A stretch of 17,611 bases of DNA from an uncultured Bdellovibrio sp. (GCA_963932905.1 CAWVRN010000045.1:1-17611), one strand, 5' to 3'. Numbered from the stretch's first letter, positions 8,266-16,240 are shown. A program made the numbers and translations. Notes: generated from the sequence alone by a model not told the origin.

Positions 8266-10014
8266 ATGAAATGTTGGTTGTTATTATCTATTAGCCTACT
8301 TGGGGCAGCGGATGCCATCGCGCAAATCAAAGATGCTGCGATCGATTGGCAATGTAGCCAATCCAACCCCGAGCAACGCCCGCTGCCATCTAAAACCAAA
8401 GTTACCAGTCAGTTTAGCTGGAGGGGTGATCAGGCTGTGATTAACAGCAAAGCAGTTAGTGATTTTTTAAATCGCGCACTCGGCAGCGATTTTAACTACT
8501 ATCAATGCAATCAAAATTTTATTTATCAATTGAAATTGGCCACTGATGCATTTTGTGAAACAGGAGCAACACCCGCTGCAAAAACTAATTGTAAACTGTC
8601 CGCACAGAAGACATACAACGCTATGAATTTCAAAAATACGTTTGCATTGGAAAAACAAAACCTCATCATTCCTGGTGAATCACTAATAGGGACAGTCAAT
8701 GAAAACGATATGACGACAGCACGACTTGGTTGCTTTTTAGCCAAGGAACAAATGTCGAAGCAATACATTGAAAGTTCGCTGAGTTCCTACTTAAAATCGC
8801 TAGATCCCAAATGTCGCCAACGCACAATCGAGTCAACAGTGAAAATGCTAGCCAGCAACATAGCCTACACTTGCAGAAATCAAAGCAAGGCGGCCTGCGA
8901 GCGAATGAAAAACGCAACTCCCGCTTTGATGAATGCCTTAAATCAAGCTCAAGATAAACCGATTTCTAACTTGTGCCTGCAGCCCATTAATATCCCTGTC
9001 GAAATAGAACGACTAAGTGAGGCCGTTGACCAGGCTCAACGATGCTTACCACTTGCACAAGGACAAACTCGCATCGTTGACAACATGGCTAATCCCAATG
9101 TTGTTAACAACTACGCTGTCACCCGAACAGGCGGAAATAACTTTCGGATCGATATGCATATTGAATTCAGCCGTGATGACCAGGACGTCGCCGAAGAAGA
9201 CGTCACTCAACTAAAGAAAAATATGGATGCCTGCCTGCAAACTGTGAATCAGAAATTAATTGGTCCTAATGGTGAACGCATGCAAATTCAAGTGAACGGC
9301 ACCAATGCTCCTAAAAATATAGTGAGAAATAGAATTTCACTTGTGCGAAGTGTGGCTCGCGAAAGTTCACGCAAATGGACGCCGTACATCGATTGCCCCA
9401 CCATGACCCATGAAATGATGCACTTATTGGGCCTGGTTGATGAATACCATGAAAAAAGCTGCGGGTTTTTAGTGAACCCAACTTCGGGAAAACGTTCCGA
9501 CCTGATGGAGGGACCGCCTTCACAACTGAATGGAAACAAATACGTCCCGGCTTTTGATTGTCGCAGTGAGGGGCCTAAAAATTCGATCATGAATAATCAT
9601 GGTCTGGCTATGCGCGAAACATTTGGTGGAATAAAGGAATATGACAAGTGCATTTGCACTGAATCCTCCCCTTCGAAGTGTAGTTTTCTAAACAATTTGA
9701 ATGCTAAAAATATTTACGATATTTGCCAAGGCCCAGGTAGAATATTTGAACACTATCAGCAACTCGGTGCCAATACGCCTCCTCCACCCGATTCAGCTAA
9801 TTCAAAATCGATTGTGACAAATAGATATCCTGAACCTACAAAAAAGAAGTCCATCTTGCTGCCGGCCCAATTTCGACAAATCATTCAGCCCAATTGTCGA
9901 CAGACAAATAACGCATTTATGGAATGCTCTAAAGGTTCACAAGAAAGCTCGGTTGTTGGACCATGCCCCCCTAAACCCGACTACTGCAAGGATCCAAACA
10001 AATGGCTTCAATAA
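8266..10014 (+). CDS. secreted Cys-rich zinc metalloprotease (metzincin-like)
   Basis: Signal peptide; HEMMHLLGLVDEY (HExxHxxGxxD) at 9409-9447; downstream Met-turn-like NSIMN. Confidence 0.8.
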   Translation: MKCWLLLSISLLGAADAIAQIKDAAIDWQCSQSNPEQRPLPSKTKVTSQFSWRGDQAVINSKAVSDFLNRALGSDFNYYQCNQNFIYQLKLATDAFCETGATPAAKTNCKLSAQKTYNAMNFKNTFALEKQNLIIPGESLIGTVNENDMTTARLGCFLAKEQMSKQYIESSLSSYLKSLDPKCRQRTIESTVKMLASNIAYTCRNQSKAACERMKNATPALMNALNQAQDKPISNLCLQPINIPVEIERLSEAVDQAQRCLPLAQGQTRIVDNMANPNVVNNYAVTRTGGNNFRIDMHIEFSRDDQDVAEEDVTQLKKNMDACLQTVNQKLIGPNGERMQIQVNGTNAPKNIVRNRISLVRSVARESSRKWTPYIDCPTMTHEMMHLLGLVDEYHEKSCGFLVNPTSGKRSDLMEGPPSQLNGNKYVPAFDCRSEGPKNSIMNNHGLAMRETFGGIKEYDKCICTESSPSKCSFLNNLNAKNIYDICQGPGRIFEHYQQLGANTPPPPDSANSKSIVTNRYPEPTKKKSILLPAQFRQIIQPNCRQTNNAFMECSKGSQESSVVGPCPPKPDYCKDPNKWLQ

Positions 10015-10532
10015 TTTTAACATTACTGTTTTCATTTCATGTGATGGCTGCTGACCCTATACGAATCGTTTTCAAAATGGAAACACCCGACTTCACTCAC
10101 CAACTAACGGCAGAAGAAATCGGCAGCCAAACTTTGCGAATTACTTTGAATTCGAACACTTTTTTTTCAAATAGTTCGCATGTACGAATTGGCGTATGGA
10201 AAGTAAATTCACTACGTATTTCCGATTTTATAAATTCTGTGAACGCCATGAATTCGCAAAAACCTGAAATCACGATTGATCGTCGTGGACATGAAACACA
10301 ATACTGGATTTCTGGAAAGAAACTTCACCTAGATTCTGAAGAATCAAAAGCCTACTCTGAATTACTAAAAGCATTCTTAATGGCAGACAATGCCGAACTT
10401 GAAGAAGGTTTTGAATTTGATACTACGACAAAAAAAATCACGCGTTCAAAGAAAACGACAGAGCCAAAATATACCTGCGACAAAAAAACCAAACAGTGTC
10501 GTTTTGAAAACACGGCACGAATCGCGTTTTGA
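10002..10532 (+). CDS. secreted hypothetical protein coupled to the metalloprotease gene
   Basis: 13-bp overlap with the upstream CDS, AAGGA RBS inside it, signal peptide ending VMA/A. Confidence 0.75.
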   Translation: MASIILTLLFSFHVMAADPIRIVFKMETPDFTHQLTAEEIGSQTLRITLNSNTFFSNSSHVRIGVWKVNSLRISDFINSVNAMNSQKPEITIDRRGHETQYWISGKKLHLDSEESKAYSELLKAFLMADNAELEEGFEFDTTTKKITRSKKTTEPKYTCDKKTKQCRFENTARIAF

Positions 10533-10798
10533 TTTAACGACGTTGAATTTCCTCAGGCCAAAAAACGACCCCGGTTCATCTTGTACTTTTTCCAAAGCTC
10601 AAGAATTTTGAACAATCCAAGTTTATACGATACCGCTTAGTTCGTGTATCCAAGGCACCTCAGTCCTGATGACTTTTTCCGGCGCAAAGGGGCAAAATGT
10701 CTATAAAAAATACCTAAAAACCGACACTCAATTTTTAGTTTGTTCTAAAATCTATTTTTGGGCTATCACCTATGTGGAAACCAAAATAGGGAGATTTT

Positions 10799-11068
10799 AT
10801 GTCAAAAGTATTTTTCGCGACTTTATTGTCTTTAGCTTCTTACTCGTACGCTGGTGTTGAATGTGATTGCAATTTAGTTTACCCAGTGGTTGGCAACTAC
10901 GAAGCAAACGTCACTGTGACTCGCGTAACTGGCATTTTTAAAATCGACGCTGATTCAGCTTGTAAAAAATCAGTGATCGCAAAAACGAATTCTATGATCA
11001 TCAAACCTAGAGTTTATTCTCACCGTCTAGTAAACTGCATCTCTACAGCTCCGGTCGTTACTGAGTAG
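10799..11068 (+). CDS. small secreted Cys-containing protein (89 aa)
   Basis: GGAG RBS; signal peptide ending SYSYA; 4 Cys. Confidence 0.75.
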   Translation: MSKVFFATLLSLASYSYAGVECDCNLVYPVVGNYEANVTVTRVTGIFKIDADSACKKSVIAKTNSMIIKPRVYSHRLVNCISTAPVVTE

Positions 11069-11077
11069 TTTATCTTC

Positions 11078-11797
11078 ATGATGAAGATAGTGGTTTTCCT
11101 TTTTATTATAGTCGCAGCGGTGGTCTGTCATGCTGAACCAACGGTGGCCCTGACTAAAAACATTCTGATTTTAATTGGCTATGCTGATGATCACCATGTA
11201 GATGGAAAGCCGTTACTATTTTCACATATTCATCACACCCAAATTGCGGTGGAAACGGAAAATGTACTAAAACGTTTTCTAACTGGATTTCAATTTCAGC
11301 AAAACGGATCTGTTTTTTCATCCGGAACGACACAAATTACGTTGTTAAACGCCAATGTTTTGTGTCCGGGTGAATCGCTAGATCAAACTCAGCACAGACG
11401 TGTTTCGATTTGTTCGGCTCAACGTGAACGTTCGGAACTGATCATGCGTTACCTTGAATCGCATGTGAATCAGTTCGACGAATTTTACTATATCGGTCAT
11501 GCCCGTAAAGGCCATGGCTTAGGAGCAGGTCCTTTCACCGATGAATACACATTTCCATTTAAGTTTCATAACGATATTGAGCTTGGCCATTTAAAGAAGA
11601 TCGTCCTAGGTTCATGCGATAGCATTCGTTATTATTCTTCGAAAATCTACTCTACGAGTGGCGTTGAGTTTGTGGGTATCGAGGGCGAAAAACTATGGAT
11701 GCAGGATCAGCTGACCTTCTTAGTGGATAATTTGTTCACGGCACTGATCGCTGATTTCCAAAAAAACATGACCCCGTTGCAAATAAACGCCTTATAA
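11078..11797 (+). CDS. secreted hypothetical protein, possible caspase-hemoglobinase fold (clan CD) peptidase
   Basis: Signal peptide; FYYIGHA (His141) and IVLGSC (Cys180), each at the end of a hydrophobic strand. Confidence 0.55.
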   Translation: MMKIVVFLFIIVAAVVCHAEPTVALTKNILILIGYADDHHVDGKPLLFSHIHHTQIAVETENVLKRFLTGFQFQQNGSVFSSGTTQITLLNANVLCPGESLDQTQHRRVSICSAQRERSELIMRYLESHVNQFDEFYYIGHARKGHGLGAGPFTDEYTFPFKFHNDIELGHLKKIVLGSCDSIRYYSSKIYSTSGVEFVGIEGEKLWMQDQLTFLVDNLFTALIADFQKNMTPLQINAL

Positions 11798-11834
11798 ACA
11801 CCGATTTAGACTATTTTTTCAGCTATTTTGCCTC

Positions 11835-11871
11835 TTGCCAGAAGGACCATAATTATGTAATCTGGGCCGCG
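11835..11871 (+). promoter_or_regulatory. tRNA promoter with GC-rich discriminator
   Basis: TTGCCA (11835-11840), 17 nt, TAATCT (11858-11863), then GGGCCGCG. Confidence 0.65.
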
Positions 11872-11885
11872 TCTTTGTACTCGAT

Positions 11886-11962
11886 GGTGGCCATAGCTCA
11901 GTTGGTAGAGCATCGGATTGTGATTCCGAGTGTCGCGGGTTCAACCCCCGTTGGTCACCCCA
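11886..11962 (+). tRNA. tRNA-His (GTG) with encoded G-1 and CCA
   Basis: Acceptor stem GTGGCCA/TGGTCAC, D arm GCTC/GAGC, anticodon stem TCGGA/TCCGA with GTG at 11920-11922, TTCAACC T loop, C discriminator plus CCA. Confidence 0.98.
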
Positions 11963-13638
11963 ATTTGACAAGTACTTGAACACGAGACACCTAAATTTTG
12001 CGCTAAGTCAGACCCAAGGGAATCCCCCTTGGGTTTTTTTTTGCTTTCTTCCAGAAAACTAGCCACATAACTACTTCCGATTTTGAAATAAATCTCTAGT
12101 CCATCTTGAGTTACCAAAATTTTGTCTACCAATGTCCGAATCATCCGAGTCTTAAATTTCATATTCTCACTACCATTTCGGCTAAGAACTATTTTTAGCG
12201 AATCTAAAAACGCCTCATAGGTTTTTAGATCGCAAGGAATGTCTTTGATAAAACCATTCTTAGTCATCTCATTTAACTTTTCCTGCGACAGTCTCTTCAA
12301 ACTTTCTAATTTTTCCATCTGCTTAAAGATCGGAGTTGCCGAAATTTCCTTTGGAAGGACTGATAGCCTTTCCGCTAAAATTTCAATTTGTTGTTCGGTC
12401 GAAAAAATAGTCTGGTTATATTTTTCAATTTCCTTTGAGCCCGGATTCAGCCTGTGTGACCTTTGAGCCGAGTTCAACAATTCCTCTGCAAAATTTTTAC
12501 TTGTTATTAAATTTTCTAGCTCTCGCCAAACACATGGTTCAATTATTTTAGCCAATGTTCTGTAGGGGAAACAGCCCCGTTTCAGACTGGGATCAATAGC
12601 CATCCTTTTCGTCGACAAAGCGTGTTCATAATACCCTATCTTTTCCCTCTTACCATGCGCCGATTTTCCAATTAACCGATCACCACAGCATTTGCAAAAA
12701 ATCAGCCCAGGTAAAATATAGGGATATCTTGATTCCATATTCTCTTTGTTTCTACGATGATTAGAATTTAGCAATAAGTTTGCTTGCCGGAATAATTCAA
12801 TATCAACAATTCCAGGCCATACCGCCTCAACCTCTTGAGCAACACCTTTATTCTGAAAGGACCTTATCCCAATGTAAAACTTGCTTTTCACAATAGCTTT
12901 CAAATTTCCAGTAGTAAAATAACCCAGGCGACTTCTGATTCCACCACCCTCTCTTTCAATTTTCATTCGATAGCCATTTGCATTGAGCCACTTAGCTGCT
13001 AAGGAAAGAGATCCCTCTGTAACGTATGCCTTAAAAGCCACTCGAATTGACCGAGCGGCATCCTCATCAACCTCTAGATAACCAGGTTTATCTAGAATTC
13101 TTTTGTAACCAAAGGGAATCGCGCCACCGTTAAAAAGTCCGCGTTGCGAGCGAACATTAAAATTAGCTGAAACTCTCTCTGAAATTTGCCGTCTTTCAAA
13201 TTGGGCAATATTAGCAACCGTAAATAAAACCATTTCCCCTGCGGCGGTGGTCGTATCAAAATTTTCTCTCAAGGACTGAAACCCGCATCCATTATCTTTC
13301 ATCATCTGCCAAATGTCCGAGAAATCCTTAATGGATCTTGATATCCGCGATAGCTCACTCACGAGCACAAGATCAGTTTCACGCTTTCTTATGGCCATTA
13401 ATAGTTTTTGAAGCTCAGGACGATTCGTATCCTTTCCAGATTTTGCGCGATCTACGTACACAGCTACAATATCACCAAAATGGCCTTCCATATTTTTTAG
13501 CTTAACGGCCATACGAAGGCGCTCTTCTTGATTTTTTATTGAGCCTTCCGGATTAGAGGCCTGCTCTTCTGTTGAAACTCTTATGTAGAAAGAAATTCTG
13601 CGACCGGCGGATTCTTGTTTTGTTTTTTGCTTACCCAC
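11941..13638 (-). CDS. large serine recombinase (integrase)
   Basis: YIRVST (catalytic Ser22), SGK..RPEL, ELSRISR, AQFERRQISERV, GGAIPFGY recombinase domain, CKCCG...H...C zinc ribbon, coiled coil. GTG start overlaps the upstream TAG. Confidence 0.95.
   Translation of the reverse strand: MGKQKTKQESAGRRISFYIRVSTEEQASNPEGSIKNQEERLRMAVKLKNMEGHFGDIVAVYVDRAKSGKDTNRPELQKLLMAIRKRETDLVLVSELSRISRSIKDFSDIWQMMKDNGCGFQSLRENFDTTTAAGEMVLFTVANIAQFERRQISERVSANFNVRSQRGLFNGGAIPFGYKRILDKPGYLEVDEDAARSIRVAFKAYVTEGSLSLAAKWLNANGYRMKIEREGGGIRSRLGYFTTGNLKAIVKSKFYIGIRSFQNKGVAQEVEAVWPGIVDIELFRQANLLLNSNHRRNKENMESRYPYILPGLIFCKCCGDRLIGKSAHGKREKIGYYEHALSTKRMAIDPSLKRGCFPYRTLAKIIEPCVWRELENLITSKNFAEELLNSAQRSHRLNPGSKEIEKYNQTIFSTEQQIEILAERLSVLPKEISATPIFKQMEKLESLKRLSQEKLNEMTKNGFIKDIPCDLKTYEAFLDSLKIVLSRNGSENMKFKTRMIRTLVDKILVTQDGLEIYFKIGSSYVASFLEESKKKPKGDSLGSDLAQNLGVSCSSTCQIGVTNGG
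12012..12042 (+). terminator. intrinsic terminator for the tRNA transcript, embedded antisense in the LSR CDS
   Basis: ACCCAAGGG-AATCC-CCCTTGGGT stem-loop running into a T9 tract, about 50 nt downstream of the tRNA CCA. Confidence 0.8.
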
Positions 13639-14057
13639 TAGTCACCGCCTAAAAAGCTCATGCAACGTGAGTCCATATTTTCATTTATGCTTACAAAACG
13701 AAAGCGGTTCTTCTTAGCGAATTCAAAAAAACTTGAAAGTCCTTTTAAACTTCTAGAAACACGATTTAGTCTTGAGATAAATACAAAATTAATTCGCCCT
13801 TCGATAATATCTTTTTTAAGGCGCAAAAACTCCGGCCCATCATGCTTACCTGATTGATGAGCATCAGTGTAAATACTGATTTCGGCATTATTAACGCCAA
13901 AACTGGTAGATTCTTGTTCCAATAATCTTCGTTGCTTTTGAAGATCACCACTATCTCCGGTGGCAGATCTTAAGTAAAAAGCGACTTTATATTCATCGCT
14001 AATTTGGTTTTTAGTAGTTCCTCTTTTATATGAGGACACTTTAACTTCGTTATTCAT
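13638..14057 (-). CDS. resolvase catalytic-domain-only protein, probably inactive
   Basis: FYLRSAT, YTD..QSGK, ISRLNRVSRS, FVSINENMDS; ends at 139 aa with no helix E and no DNA-binding domain. Confidence 0.85.
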   Translation of the reverse strand: MNNEVKVSSYKRGTTKNQISDEYKVAFYLRSATGDSGDLQKQRRLLEQESTSFGVNNAEISIYTDAHQSGKHDGPEFLRLKKDIIEGRINFVFISRLNRVSRSLKGLSSFFEFAKKNRFRFVSINENMDSRCMSFLGGD

Positions 14058-14269
14058 ACGCTGACCTTCTTTCTGTTTTGAGATGCAAACTCCAAAACCG
14101 ACTGGCTATGCGATGAATGGTCTATTGATTTATTTGAGCCTGGCTGACTACAGAGTTCATCATATACAAGACGACCAAGGTCTGCAAGTATTTCTGAAAA
14201 TTCTGAATCTCTTATAACTTTAGGCATCACAAGGGTTTTACAGATCGACCATTTTTTTCGTTTCGCCAT
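14054..14269 (-). CDS. small hypothetical protein (71 aa) with basic termini
   Basis: ATG at 14269 follows an AAAGGA RBS; its TGA overlaps the next ATG (ATGA). Confidence 0.65.
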   Translation of the reverse strand: MAKRKKWSICKTLVMPKVIRDSEFSEILADLGRLVYDELCSQPGSNKSIDHSSHSQSVLEFASQNRKKVSV

Positions 14270-14343
14270 AAAAAGATCCTTTAATAAAGATGAGGGCAAA
14301 ACGTGGCTAAAATAACGGGGCTAGTTTGATTTACCGAAAACTG

Positions 14344-14796
14344 CTATTGCGGACTCTCTGAATTAACACCGGGAAGCGGCAATTCCAAGGCGGCGACTTT
14401 AGCTTTTCTCTGAGCGCGAGGTTTCCTAGTTTTTGCTGTTGATTCATTAACCATAAATTCGCTACTTTTTTCTAGAAGATCTTTTAGTGATACCTCCGAG
14501 CCCTTGTTCTTGGCATCTTTAGCCTGAGTTTGAAGCCAGGATAGACATTTAAAAACATCAAAATGCGTTTTTCTAAATTCGTCAGTTTCCATTTTAGATA
14601 ATTCGCCAGAATGAAGTTTTAAAATCAGATTCACGACATCACTTTTACTGACCTCAGCAATTCCTTGAAGTGAGAGATTCGCCGCCGTCGTTAGTGAATT
14701 CAATTTGTCTTTTAGTTCATCTTCGATTGTGACGCGCTCTAATGGCTTATAGATTTTCTTTTCATTTTTCTTAGGCGTTGTATTTTCGTTATTCAT
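14344..14796 (-). CDS. hypothetical protein, possible ribbon-helix-helix DNA-binding protein (150 aa)
   Basis: ATG at 14796 follows an AGAGGAG RBS; ERVTIEDELKDKLNSL...SKSDVVNLIL resembles the RHH strand-helix-helix pattern. Confidence 0.6.
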   Translation of the reverse strand: MNNENTTPKKNEKKIYKPLERVTIEDELKDKLNSLTTAANLSLQGIAEVSKSDVVNLILKLHSGELSKMETDEFRKTHFDVFKCLSWLQTQAKDAKNKGSEVSLKDLLEKSSEFMVNESTAKTRKPRAQRKAKVAALELPLPGVNSESPQ

Positions 14797-14797
14797 A

Positions 14798-15193
14798 TTA
14801 CTCCTCTGACTTTGACCAAACGGCTGGTTGAGAAATTGAAAACTTCCAGTGTCCGGAGATATACTCATCACCTGAGATTTGATCTGGAACCCAGACTCTG
14901 CGAACCTCAGGCCGATTCAGCCTTGGCGCAAAATCTTTTATGTTTGGGCTAGTCTTAATTTCTCTTTGCTTATTTATCTTAGCATCACTTATTAGATAAC
15001 CAAGCACGCTACCTAATACGGCTCCAACTGCCAAGGTCGTATTCTTTTGTGCGCTATCTTCTTGATTGCTGCTAATTATGCCTCCCACCCCAAGTCCGAT
15101 TGTTGCCCCTAGAAGTGTTCCTTTTGGAACACTTGAACAAGCCGCTGTAAAATAGAACATGATGATTAATAAAAATTTATTTTTGAAATTCAT
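14798..15193 (-). CDS. lipoprotein with glycine zipper and TraV-like C-terminus
   Basis: Lipobox TAA-C; GxxxG repeats; PEVRRVWVPDQISGDEYISGHWKF...PAVW resembles the F-type TraV C-terminal motif. Confidence 0.65.
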   Translation of the reverse strand: MNFKNKFLLIIMFYFTAACSSVPKGTLLGATIGLGVGGIISSNQEDSAQKNTTLAVGAVLGSVLGYLISDAKINKQREIKTSPNIKDFAPRLNRPEVRRVWVPDQISGDEYISGHWKFSISQPAVWSKSEE

Positions 15194-15289
15194 TTTTTTG
15201 TCTCCGTAAATATAGTGTGATTGTAAGGGGACTAGATAAAAATGAGACTAAATGGATATGGGGCTGGTAAAATACGTGTGGGTATATAC

Positions 15290-16240
15290 TTAAGGGTTTG
15301 GTGGTTTTTCGTTTTTGGTGTAAGTGGCTGATTTGTTTAGCGGAACCGATAAGTTTAGAAGGTCTGAAGTTATGAACTGTTTGCTAGGAGTTTGGCACGA
15401 CTTCCCTGGGGAGTTCCCTAGTGACTTCCTAGGGGGGTGCTCCTGTTTTACGAGGTAGCTATTTAAAAATTCTGCTAGCGAAACATCGATCATAGTTTTA
15501 TTTTTAAATTTTGCCTGCCAGAGCTGCTTTGATACTTCGTCTAGTGACAAAAACAAATGGTCCGATGTTTTAAAGCTAGAGTGTTTAACTGAAACCCTGT
15601 GGATTTTTTCGATCAATCCTTGTCCACGCACCACCCAAACGATCTTATCAATAGCATAGTAATTGTCATAGGATTTTATTATTTCGACATAATCGCTTTC
15701 TGATTTAGGATGAAGTTCAACTTCAAGAGCCACATACTTTTTAACTTGTCCAATTTCAAACTGCCAAAGACCATCAGGTCTTCGACTATCAGTTTTTACA
15801 AAGCCAGCAATGTCCTGACTTGATGATAATATCTCTTGTTCAGTAATAAGCGTTGCTCCATAGGGGCGCTCGGTAAACCAGTCCCCCAGTAAGATGGCTG
15901 AAGACAAATGATCGTGCTTAAAACTCTGAGGGCGACTGCCTATAGGTTGCAGATCTCGGCCATTTTCTTTTGCAAAAAAAGCAAGACCTCGTTTATCTAA
16001 GGTAAAATATTTCCCCTTTGTCCCATCGTCTGATTCAACCGACAAAAATCCATTATTTCTAAATCTATAAAGTCTATTGTAACAGGTTCTTAGTGATGAC
16101 TCATGGTAAAATAATTTATATAGTGTTCGAAATGATGCGACTCTATGGTTCCATAGAAATTCAATCATGGCACGATCTCGGGCTGATGGCATAACGGCCT
16201 TTTTATTTCCACGAATCGTAACACTAGATGCTGACGTCAT
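15290..16240 (-). CDS. replication-relaxation (Replic_Relax-like) protein: wHTH plus PD-(D/E)xK-type nuclease
   Basis: RDRAMIEFL...YNRLYRF...YFTLDKRG wHTH, FKHD, RPDG, VALEVEL..KS, IVWVV; AGAGG RBS inside the end of the FtsK gene. Confidence 0.8.
   Translation of the reverse strand: MTSASSVTIRGNKKAVMPSARDRAMIEFLWNHRVASFRTLYKLFYHESSLRTCYNRLYRFRNNGFLSVESDDGTKGKYFTLDKRGLAFFAKENGRDLQPIGSRPQSFKHDHLSSAILLGDWFTERPYGATLITEQEILSSSQDIAGFVKTDSRRPDGLWQFEIGQVKKYVALEVELHPKSESDYVEIIKSYDNYYAIDKIVWVVRGQGLIEKIHRVSVKHSSFKTSDHLFLSLDEVSKQLWQAKFKNKTMIDVSLAEFLNSYLVKQEHPPRKSLGNSPGKSCQTPSKQFITSDLLNLSVPLNKSATYTKNEKPPNP
15399..15434. repeat. three tandem imperfect 12-bp repeats
   Basis: GACTTCCCTGGG / GAGTTCCCTAGT / GACTTCCTAGGG. 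Confidence 0.75.

Noticed and set aside
10666..10698. Hammerhead ribozyme core (CTGATGA) or c-di-GMP-I riboswitch (GCAAAG)
   Set aside because: No GAAA after the putative stem II, no stems I/III, and no GYAAA-stem-GAAA P2 element.
13638..13660. Programmed -1 frameshift fusing the mini-resolvase to the LSR
   Set aside because: Only a T5 run, not a slippery heptamer; the LSR has its own RBS and GTG and a complete catalytic domain.
1646..13951. Short ORFs nested in or antisense to larger genes (1646, 4568, 6441, 6822, 8467, 8526, 8696, 9017, 9288, 9311, 10390, 10669, 12239, 13660, 13766)
   Set aside because: Shadow frames of well-supported CDSs with no recognisable motifs.
14270..14871. Longer starts in the ORF track (14299 and 14871; likewise 2738)
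   Set aside because: Downstream ATGs at 14269, 14796 and 2711 have clear RBSs, and 14871 would overlap the lipoprotein gene by 74 bp.
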